Shown piece after piece: positions 42,360 to 64,000 of a stretch of DNA of 64,000 nucleotides; position 1 is the stretch's first letter, and every line of letters begins with the position of its first letter. The translations under genes were made by a program, and so were the position numbers. Source of the DNA: Salpingoeca rosetta (taxonomy: Eukaryota > Protista > Choanoflagellata); assembly GCA_033442325.1 (NCBI GenBank), contig JAWQFM010000008.1:1782287-1846286 (forward strand), written 5' to 3'. The notes beneath the pieces were generated by a model. The model worked only from the letters and a program-made list of their open reading frames with translations. It made no database searches and was not told the DNA's origin.

Positions 42360-43910
42360 TTAAGGAAAGGTCTCATCCATGGCACCATCGGTCTGTGTCC
42401 ACGACGTCAGCATCATGACGGGGCTGCTGCGGCGCTTGGCTGTTGTCGTTGAGGTGTGCAGCGTCAGGTGCAGGCGAATGCCCTCAGCAGGCCCGCAGAT
42501 CTGAATCAGGTCTTGCTTCGTCACGCTCAGCAGCACCTCGCCTGCAGTGGGCCGGGCGAAGGAGAGAAAGAGAGAGAGAAAGCGGAGGGAGGGGGGATGG
42601 ACAGGACAATGGGGTGAGGTACGACAACGACAGAGGGTGGTCAGGGAGGAAAATGAATAGAGACGAAGGGTGCACAAGCTACGCACCATGTTCGCAAACG
42701 CGCACATGAACATGTATGCAAACACACACAGCACAGCACACAGCACATACAGCACACACAGAGCACATACAATACACGCACATACAGCACACAGCACAGC
42801 CGCAGACCTGAGTAGTATTGCAGGGCGGGGATGATGGAGTGGAAGTTGTGGTACTCGAGCCACTGTCGCACGTGGTCGGCGGTGGACGTCGCCGTGATGC
42901 GCGCTGGACGCGTGCGGCTCATGCGCGAAAAGGTATTCGAATCACCAGTCCCTGACGCGTACTCACGCTGCTGCTGCTGTTGGTGGTCGGTGCCAACAGC
43001 AGGGGACATGGCGGTTGTGGCTGTGGATGTGGCTGTGGCTGTGGCCAGTGCAGCTGTGGGGTGGGTGGAAGACACAGCGGTGCTTGGCAGCGATGATGTG
43101 TCAGCAGGCGGCGAGGGTGCCATGTGCAGAGAATTGCTCGCAGTTGTGTTGAAGTCATCGAGGGCCTGCAAAAACGTCAAATCAAACAACGCATCCTGTG
43201 ACTGCTGATGGTGCTGATGGTGCTGATGGTGGTGGTGGTGGTGGTGGTCAGCGGGCTGTGCCTGTTGCGATGCCAGCGCGTGACGCATCCAGTGTTGCTG
43301 CTGCTGCTGCTGCTGCTGCTGTTGCGCATCACCAGAATCGCCCTGTGCACCACCGACTTCGCCGTTGCCACCGCTGTTGCTGCAGCCACTGGCATCCCCT
43401 GCGTGTGGGGAGGGCGGGAGTGCAGACAGCATGGACGCAAACAGCTGGCTTGTCGTGTCGTCGCCATCATCGCCGCCGCTGTGTTGCGTCATGTCATGGG
43501 CAGGCGAGGCAGCTGTTGACGCAAACAGCGACAAGGCGGGCTCGTGCGACCACCCAGCTTGCTGTTGCTGTAGCTGCTGCTGCTGCTGCTGCTGCTGATC
43601 GTGCTGCTGATCGTAGCGATGTTGTGGTTTGGTGGCCGCTGGTGACGACACAAACAGCGGTGCATGCTGAAAGTGATGCTGGTGTTGCTGTTGGAGGTGT
43701 TGGTTGTCGTGTTGCTGTGTGGGGGCACCTTGCCCCTGCTGAAATCCATCATAAGCATGGGCGTGCTCTTGCTGCTGCTGTTGTTGTTGTGGTTGCTGTG
43801 GCTGTTGTTGTGGCTGTTGGTGGTGGTGGTGCTCTCGGGATTGGATGTCGAGGTCGCGGCTGAGGGCGTCTGACAGCAGCAGCTGCCCCGTCTCATCGCG
43901 CCGACTTCGA

Positions 43911-43961
<51 letters not shown>

Positions 43962-44007
43962 CTGCTGCCCATGCCCATTGGCGGGACATGCTCCAAGCCA
44001 GTTCCCC

Positions 44008-44041
<34 letters not shown>

Positions 44042-44818
44042 TTGGTGATGTAGAAACAGGCCTGGCGAGCGCCTGTGCTCGCGGGTGTGGCGCAGCGTGT
44101 GTCTGTTTGGACTGTGCGGCGCATGTCTCGTGCGCTCGTGATGCGGGAGGCGGGATGGTGGCAGCTGCTGGCGTGCCATCTTGCGCGGCTGGTCGTGGCG
44201 GCCACGCACCCGCGCTGACGAATGCGACGACGAGGAGGGCGATGATGGCGACGACACAGAGGTCGTCGTTGTTGCGGTGGTGGTGGTGGTGGTGGTGCCT
44301 GGTGATGGGAGGTGGGTTTGTGGTGCCGATTGGAGGTGAGCAGCCTGCACGGGGGTGGTCGATGGTCGTGTCACCATGGAAGGTGTCGATGGTGTTGATA
44401 GGGCGTGGACGCCGTGGTCCATCCCGCGGTACCGCTTCAGCTGCGACGCAGCGCCACCACCACCAAGGCTGCTGCTGCTGCTCGTGGCAGGAGTGGTGGC
44501 TGTGGTGGTGGCGATGCTCACACCCGGCTGCTGCTGTCGAGGTAGGGGTGTCTGCACTGGTGTGTGTACGGACTCCTCATTCCCATCAGCAGCAGCATCA
44601 ACATCAGCATGAGCAAGGATGGCAGCATCAGCAGCGTGAGTGGCAGGGGTGGCGGTGGGCTGGCTCGTGGGCGCCTTCTTTGCGAGTGCGCTGTCACTGC
44701 CACGACGACTGCTTGTGTTGCTGCCGTCGCTGTCGCTGCTTGTGCACGGTGTGGTTGCGTCTGTCTGTCGGTAGCGCGCAAACACACCGCCCTCCGCCTC
44801 CGTCCCGCCCTCGACAAG

Positions 44819-44855
<37 letters not shown>

Positions 44856-44861
44856 CCATGG

Positions 44862-44936
<75 letters not shown>

Positions 44937-44963
44937 CTGTTGTTGTTGTTGTTGTTGTCATGG

Positions 44964-45038
<75 letters not shown>

Positions 45039-45541
45039 CCATGTTGTTGTTGTTGTCCATGGTGTTGTTGTTGTTGTCCATGTTGGTGTCTCCTTGCTTC
45101 GTCCACGACGTCCTCCTCCTCCTTGGCCACACGTGTCGGCGTCAGCTGCAGGCGCGACAACAGATCAAACTGCGACGGCTCATCCACCATCGCCGGCAAC
45201 TGCTGATGATGTTGGTGCTGTGATTGCTGCTGGTGGTGCTGTTGCGCGTGGTGCGGGTAGTCCCCCTGAGGCGTCAGCACGGTGTGCACTTGGCCCGGAA
45301 TATACCCCTGACAGCAGCAGCGCAAAAACGCACAACAGGTCTGGAGTGAGTGCTGAGGTCACACATAGTGGTGACACAGACACACGCAATCCTGCGAGTG
45401 CGAGAGGGCAGTGTGTACTTGGTACCTGTTTTGTGTTCTTCCTGGCGCGCTCGAGATCCGAGCGGAGGCGGCGGTTGACGACACCCGCATTTGTAAACAC
45501 CTGGCAGAAACGAGCACACACGTACACGGACACGAGTACAC

Positions 45542-45604
<63 letters not shown>

Positions 45605-45837
45605 CACACGGATATGCAGACAGGCATGAGCACGAGCGCAAGATGGAAGCGTGAGACTAGCGAAAAACACACAGCTACAACGAGTGCGTGTGTGTTTGCA
45701 TGAACAATGGCCATTTCGGTTGAAGAAACAGCTCACCTTGACGCAGCAAGAGAAGGATTGCTTTGCTTCACCCTCGCCTGCTGTGAAACGTGGTCGAAGC
45801 AAGCCATTGCGCAAAATGAGAATTGGGCAGGCGTACA

Positions 45838-45892
<55 letters not shown>

Positions 45893-46777
45893 TTTGCACG
45901 CAACTACAACCACGCGCATGCCTGCATTTGAGCATGCTATCACCACTTGCTCTCCCTTACCTGTGTCGAGAGAGAGTTTGAAGCGATACCCGGCCTGGCC
46001 TCCATGTCCACCCTTGAACGACGTGCTGAGGCAGTTCACCTTTCCACACGGCATTGAGTGATTGAGGGTGTGCGGTGGATGCAACGTAAACGGATCACAC
46101 GAAGCAAGCGCAGGAGAGGTGGGAATGGGGATGACAGCAGGGACGAAACAACTTAGCAAGAAGCGGTGGTGACTCCTTTGTTGGGAAGGCGCACCTTGAA
46201 TGCAAGTGTCGCGGATTGCGACCAGGTGAAGGAGATTGACCCGAGCAGATCGGGTACCGGCGCCGTCTGCCGCGCTTCGTGGATACCGTGCGAAGCAAGC
46301 GCATCTAATACCAGCACGCACACACGCACACACACACACACATACACACACACACACACGCATGCACATACACACACACACACACAGAGTCACACACAAC
46401 AAAAGGCGACCCATGAGGACACATGAGGAAACGTGCCATGATCACAGCTGCACGCGAAGGACAGGAAATGTGTCGACAGCTTACCAAGCTCGAGAATGCC
46501 CTGCTGTGGACGCTGCGCCAGCCATGCCACGACCGCATCTCGCGCGTTGTCGCAGTCGTTCTTGGACACAAAGTCAAACTTGATGGCGGCCTAAACCAGC
46601 AAAACGGGCCGTGTTTGAATGTGTGTGCGTGTGTATATGAGTGAGTGTGCGTGTACGTATGAATGTGTGAAGGTGTGTGCCTCTTGTTGTGTCGCCACCA
46701 AGAACAACACAAAAAAACCAAAAACAAAGAAGAACAACAACAGCGGAGACAGACAGACACACACGCGCGCGCGCACG

Positions 46778-46828
<51 letters not shown>

Positions 46829-47191
46829 ACGCACGCAAGCACACGTATCTTACAACCATACAATCACACACGGAAGCTGTCTGCGTACGTGTTGTGGACG
46901 TGGGGACTTGGTGTGCAGGGTAAGTGTGTAGGTTTGGCCTGCGAAGCATCAAAGCGAAACGAAGAACAAAGGGGGCGTGAGTGCGGGAGCACAAGTCTCA
47001 ACTCACGTGCTTGAGGCCGAAGACAAGCAGGGCAACAAAGCGCGGACACCTTGGCTGAGGTAGCTGCAGATGCTCTTTTGGTCCTTGGCTGGCGAAGTCT
47101 GCGCGTTCAGCACGCATTGGATCATGGCTGGATAGACTGCGGCGTGGCTTGCACCCGTTGCTGCTGAAGAATTCACCACAGGCACGTCCAT
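42360..47191 (-). CDS. TFCP2: LSF/TFCP2 (CP2/Grainyhead family) transcription factor with very long polyQ linker and SAM-like domain
   Basis: IQCVLNAQTSPA...SYLSQG, VNCLSTSFKGGHGGQAGYRFKLSLDT, SFSCCVK|VFTNAGVVNRRLRSD (CP2 domain). VRQWLEYHNF...YSGEVLLSVTKQDLIQICGPAEGIRL is the LSF-type SAM domain. Confidence 0.88.
44818..45081 (-). repeat. Coding (CAA)n / (AAC)n expansion (polyQ/polyN) in the LSF exon
   Basis: In-frame QQQ/NNN runs in the 42641..45325 ORF. Confidence 0.9.
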
Positions 47192-47380
47192 GCCATGCAG
47201 TGACAACTACACCATCAACAAACACCAAGATGCAGGACGTGCAATGGTGGCTGTCTGCGAGCTTGCGAGCTTGCGAGCTTGCTTGCTTGCTTGTTTGCTC
47301 GCGGGGTGTCCTCTTTCTTGCCTTCCTCTTTTGGGCTGTATGGGCTGCTTGGCGTGTGTTCGCGCACACAGCAGGTCAAG

Positions 47381-47416
47381 GGCAAAATTGCCTTTGTGCA
47401 CAAAGGCAATTTTGCC
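47381..47416. repeat. Perfect 36-bp palindrome in the divergent LSF / E-Syt intergenic region
   Basis: GGCAAAATTGCCTTTGTG is followed directly by its exact reverse complement CACAAAGGCAATTTTGCC. Confidence 0.95.
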
Positions 47417-47541
47417 ATCCGCTTCATTGATTGACGCGAAACTTAAAGAGGGGGGTGCGAAGCGAAGAGGACGAAGACAACAGTCAACAACACCCCCACA
47501 ACACCACTGCACCCGAGTGTTTGCGATGTGCATGAAGCATC

Positions 47542-58724
<11,183 letters not shown>

Positions 58725-58826
58725 CGCGGTGAAGTGGGGAGGCGAAGTTATCGTGGGCTGTAGGATGCTGGGTTTGGTTTGACACGCACTGTGTGACCCC
58801 ATTAATGACAACGAGAGAGCGAGACC

Positions 58827-58898
<72 letters not shown>

Positions 58899-59049
58899 TA
58901 GTGTGTGTGTGTTTGCGTGCGTGTGTGTGCGTGTGTTTGCGTGCCACGTCATGGTGCATGTGCTGGCATGTTCGATTTACATTGTTAACGCATTTTTATT
59001 TCGTGGCGCCATGTGATGTGTTGTGATCACCCATCGCGATGACGTGACA

Positions 59050-59224
59050 TTACAAATCCCTCAGTTTGAGAGCAGCCACGTTGAAGCCATCGTGAACGCA
59101 TTCAAGCACACGCGGGATACACTCCTGCAAGCAAAGGATTGGTGTGGTGTGTTGTTAACGGTCGGTGTGAGCTGGTGCAAAGTGGACGCAACACGACAGA
59201 ACAGCACCCACAAGCAAATCGAGT

Positions 59225-59262
<38 letters not shown>

Positions 59263-60481
59263 CTTCTTGTGTCTTCCATCAAAGCCAGACTGGAGCTCAT
59301 ACATGGACGTGAGGTTGAAGATGAGCGTTTCATCCAGGCTTGCAAGCTGACTCATGCTTGCCTCTGTTGCGCGGATGGCCATGGAGAGATCGCCACTGTA
59401 CAGTTTCATCACTGCCCAGTTGGTGGCCAGCGTGCTGTCGTTTCCGTCTGTCGCCTTTTGCGCCGCAGCAAACAGGTCGGCAGCCTTTGTCGTGTCGCCT
59501 GATGGTGAGATGCGTGTGTGTGTGTATTGTGAGCTCCAAACACAACCAGGGACATTCATGCATGCGATTGTGTGTGTATATGTGTGAATGTGTGATGCTC
59601 ACGCATGATATGCAACCCACAACTCCTTCCTTGTAATATCCACGCGACCAGTGTCACAGCTGCAATCACAGCGGCTGCCACAACGGACATCACCATCGCT
59701 GCCACCACCACCACCACAGCATGTCCATCCCTCCCACTCTCCATCCGCCATACAACCATTACCTTTCGCGAGTTCGAGGAATGCGGCGTTGCACATGACC
59801 TGCGGGCTGCTGCTGTCACCAATGAGCTCTTCCACTCTCGCAAACTTCCGGTGCGCCGCCGTCACGTCGCCAGCAAGCAGCGCGATGCGACCAAGAAGCG
59901 AGAGGAGACGCGTGTCGTGTGGTGTTGTCGGCAACACCATTCGCTCGTACACGCGCGCAGCAAGACGGTAATCCTGGTCCCAGGAGCCAATGCAGTATAT
60001 ACGGGGAGCGGTAACAGTGAAGGCAGTGATTGTGTGTGTGTGGTTGTTTGTGTTTGTTTGTTTGTTTGTTTGTTTGTTTGTTTGTTTGTTTGTTTGTTTG
60101 TTTGTTTGTTTGTTTGTTTGTTTGTTTGTTTGTTTGTTTGTTTGTTTGTGTGCGCCAGTTGTACACACAGCACCATGTGCTCACCTTCAAAGCACAAAAG
60201 GCGTTGCCGATGGCCAGCAGGACCTGGTGCTGTCGCCCCCGCCAAATCTGTACCGCCTCCTTGCCCATGCCCTTCAACTCATCGTCACCACCATCATCAC
60301 CATGTGCACCATCACCATCCTTTGTCCCTTTGTCGTGGTTGGTGGTGGCGGTGTTAAACTTGGCCACAAGTTGGTTGCACGTGTGCAAGAGCCCAAACAG
60401 GCGATCAAGTGCCTCCTTCGTCTGTCCGCCGCGACGCGGTAATTCTGTCGTGTGGCGTTGTGTCGTCGGCGTGTGTACACG

Positions 60482-60576
<95 letters not shown>

Positions 60577-63549
60577 TTAGTGTNNNNNNNNNNNNNNNNN
60601 NNNNNNNNNNNNNNNNNNNNNNNNNNNNNNNNNNNNNNNNNNNNNNNNNNNNNNNNNNNNNNNNNNNNNNNNNNNNNNNNNNNNNNNNNNNNNNNNNNNN
60701 NNNNNNNNNNNNNNNNNNNNNNNNNNNNNNNNNNNNNNNNNNNNNNNNNNNNNNNNNNNNNNNNNNNNNNNNNNNNNNNNNNNNNNNNNNNNNNNNNNNN
60801 NNNNNNNNNNNNNNNNNNNNNNNNNNNNNNNNNNNNNNNNNNNNNNNNNNNNNNNNNNNNNNNNNNNNNNNNNNNNNNNNNNNNNNNNNNNNNNNNNNNN
60901 NNNNNNNNNNNNNNNNNNNNNNNNNNNNNNNNNNNNNNNNNNNNNNNNNNNNNNNNNNNNNNNNNNNNNNNNNNNNNNNNNNNNNNNNNNNNNNNNNNNN
61001 NNNNNNNNNNNNNNNNNNNNNNNNNNNNNNNNNNNNNNNNNNNNNNNNNNNNNNNNNNNNNNNNNNNNNNNNNNNNNNNNNNNNNNNNNNNNNNNNNNNN
61101 NNNNNNNNNNNNNNNNNNNNNNNNNNNNNNNNNNNNNNNNNNNNNNNNNNNNNNNNNNNNNNNNNNNNNNNNNNNNNNNNNNNNNNNNNNNNNNNNNNNN
61201 NNNNNNNNNNNNNNNNNNNNNNNNNNNNNNNNNNNNNNNNNNNNNNNNNNNNNNNNNNNNNNNNNNNNNNNNNNNNNNNNNNNNNNNNNNNNNNNNNNNN
61301 NNNNNNNNNNNNNNNNNNNNNNNNNNNNNNNNNNNNNNNNNNNNNNNNNNNNNNNNNNNNNNNNNNNNNNNNNNNNNNNNNNNNNNNNNNNNNNNNNNNN
61401 NNNNNNNNNNNNNNNNNNNNNNNNNNNNNNNNNNNNAGGAGGAGGAGGAGTGAGGTACCACGATAGCAGTGGTGGTGCGTGGAGCAACCACAACACATGG
61501 ACACACAATCAGTCGAACGTATTATGTACATGTGGGCGAGTGTACGCGCATGTATGAAGGTGCCAGTGTTCTTGTTCGGGAAATAAGCGTGCAAACTCGA
61601 CTCACCGATCTGCGACGAAGTGATTCCACGCCGTGGCGCCGCGCATATGCCTGCAGTGGATCCTCCTGTGCTTGCAGGCAACGAGAGTTGTTGACGCATG
61701 AGCACGCAAAGGCAGGAGCGAGGAAGCGGGGGAGAGGCCGTTGCTTCTGACAGAGTGAGGGGAGGGAGGGGAGACACAACAACACAACACAACACAACAC
61801 AACACAACACAACACAACACAACACAACACAACACAACACAACACAACACAACACAACACAACACAACACAACACAACACAACACAACACAACACAACAC
61901 AACGCGAACACGTTCGACACGGGTGCGGACCGAGACTGCCTCAAGGGCGATGCCCGGCGATCCATATGAGACGACAGAGACGTCGGCACCCTCCGCTCCC
62001 GTCTCACGCCGCTGGTCCAACACACGCTGGGGAGCAGGCAAGTGGCGTGGGGTGAGGTGTGACAAAAACGTGTGAACGGAACTTGGTGTGGAGGTACGCG
62101 GGAAGATAACGCAGCCGCAAGCAGAGCATCGCACACACACATGCACACGTACACACATACACACAGACACACACCTACATACATACACACACATACATAC
62201 ACACACATACACACATACACACACATACATACACACACACATACACACACACGTGCAATGCACCTGGACATCTGGCGGGATGATCCACGCAGCCTCGATG
62301 GCGGCGAGGGACTGGAGCGCCGGCGCTGTTGGGCTCAACGGCTGCGACAACAACGAAAAAAGCATACGTCGTCATTGCAGGTACCACGCACCCATGAGCA
62401 CAGCTGTAGCGTTCGCCCACGCAACCAGATATGTACTCATACATGCAGCAGCACGTTTCTCACAGGCAGCCACATCAAGATGCACACACACACACACAAC
62501 TTGTACCCAAACGTACAAGAATGTACACACATATGTTCGCATACATACAAGAATGCACTCACATCCACATACACACACACACAAACACAAACGCGCGCGG
62601 GGCAGCAACGAACCGTGACGGGCACTTCCTCGACGTCGAGGTGCGTCTGGTCGTCTTTGGTCGGCGGCGCATGCGTTTCAGCAGCATGCGGTGCGGCGGC
62701 CTTGGCAGCCGTGGAGTCTAGCTCGCTGTGTTGGCGGGAAAGCTCACCAAGCCCAGCGGGCGCCTGTGCTGTTGCCGGGAGAGCCTGGTAATCGTCATCG
62801 TCTGGTGCATCGTCATCGAGGGCCAGGTTCTTGGCTGCTGCCTCCGCTATTGGCGCCGAAGATGGCTCAAGGATGGACCGCGCGCGTGCACGCGACTCCG
62901 TGGCCATAGCCTCAAGGAAGTCGTCCGACGTGCCCTCTTCCATCATGATTTGGTTTGTGCCGGTGCCACTGGCTTCGTCTGCATCTTGCTTGTCTGTGTC
63001 ATCCGTGCTCTGCTCCTTCAAGTCGACATCGTCCACAACCACTTCAGGCTCTGGATTCACCGTCACCGTTGCCTCTCTCGCTGTTTTTGAGGGTGGCGGC
63101 GACGCCGGAGGCGCTGCCTGCGCTTCCGCCTGCTCTGATGGCTGCGCTTCTTCCTCTTGCCTTGCATGGTGGTCTGCATCATCGCCCTCAACCTCGTTCT
63201 GTTGGTCCGGTGCATCCGTGTTCCCTGAGGCGTCGTTTGATACCTGTGCTACCATCTGCTGCTGTTCCTCTAGTTCAACCCCTTCTTCCTCACCACCACC
63301 ACCTTCTTCGTGAGCGTCTTCATGATCATCCCCATCACCATCATCGTTGTCTTGTTCACCAGCATCATCAGCAGCAGCATCAACTTGTTTTGCTTCACCA
63401 TCATCATCAGCACCATCACCAGTTTCCTCCTGCTCCTCCTCTCCTTCCAGGCTCACCTCTTCCTCCTCGTCACCTGCTCTTTCCTCATCTTCTCTCCCCT
63501 CCTCCACCTCCACTGCACTCTGCTTATCGCTGTGTTCCTTCTCATCCAT
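59050..63549 (-). CDS. TRAPPC12: Trafficking protein particle complex subunit 12 (TRAPPC12/TTC15): acidic N-terminus plus TPRs; interrupted by assembly gap
   Basis: EALDRLFGLL, IWRGRQHQV, LLSLLGRIALLAGD, NWAVMKLYSGDL, LDETLIFNLTSMYEL and DGFNVAALKL match the TRAPPC12 C-terminus. The first exon is long and Glu/Asp-rich. Confidence 0.85.
60584..61436. other. Assembly gap (run of N)
   Basis: Continuous N bases next to a (TG)n tract; probably hides TRAPPC12 exons. Confidence 0.99.
61776..61902. repeat. (ACACA)n pentanucleotide repeat, intronic
   Basis: Tandem AACAC units. Confidence 0.93.
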
Positions 63550-63657
63550 CGTCGTTGTTGTTGTTGTCGTCCTTTGTCGTTCGATGACGTCCTATTTATA
63601 TGGCAATGAGTGTGCTTGTGCTTGAGTGTCTGTGTGTGTCTGTAAATGTGTATGTGT

Positions 63658-63747
<90 letters not shown>

Positions 63748-64000
63748 AGTGTGTGCGAGAGAGGCAGCGCGTCTTGTGGCGAGTGGTCTTGTTCGTGTTC
63801 CGGCGCCAACAGTCCAAGTTGTGAGGAATGACCATGACACCAAACAATTTTCGTCGCCCTTGCTTCTTTCTGGCGCAACGTCTCACTTGCTGCGCTTCTG
63901 GCTTGTGATCCACCCTCATCCACCACACACACCCACACTCACACACCCTCTCTCTCTCTCAAGCAAGCAAGCAGCTCTGTGGACGATGGATCCACACAAT

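Noticed and set aside
43978-45654. 558-aa plus-strand ORF
   Set aside because: Antisense to the low-complexity LSF exon, with no domain signal.
61776-61902. Regular repeats as a possible CRISPR array or telomere
   Set aside because: Simple AACAC microsatellite with no spacers; not TTAGGG; intronic.
59816-62365. Long ORFs (849, 478, 367, 325 and 309 aa) containing X runs
   Set aside because: They stay open only because they cross the N gap.

Overview
Eukaryotic, GC-rich and very intron-dense DNA. Almost every intron carries (CA)n/(TG)n or trinucleotide microsatellites, so most ORFs in the track are repeat artefacts. The gene content and intron style point to a choanoflagellate, probably Salpingoeca rosetta (inference). 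I reconstructed 14 spliced protein-coding genes by reading exons and GT..AG phases. In order: a p38/JNK-type MAPK (3' end outside the window), homocitrate synthase with an extra C-terminal ACT-like domain, an ABP34-like EF-hand protein, TFIIH Tfb4/p34, SEC11, an IRS-type PTB adaptor, an SH2 protein, a phytol/farnesol kinase, a two-PDZ protein, a ribokinase(PfkB)-ankyrin-TIR protein, a YqcI/YcgG-like protein, an LSF/TFCP2 transcription factor, an extended synaptotagmin/tricalbin and TRAPPC12. There is one assembly gap (60584-61436). All five plus-strand genes sit head-to-head with a minus-strand gene. The most interesting items are the PfkB-ankyrin-TIR protein (TIR keeps its catalytic Glu; one splice junction is unresolved), its divergent YqcI/YcgG-like neighbour, and the homocitrate synthase fused to an LKR/SDH-linker-type domain. 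Family assignments come from motif recognition only; no database searches were run.
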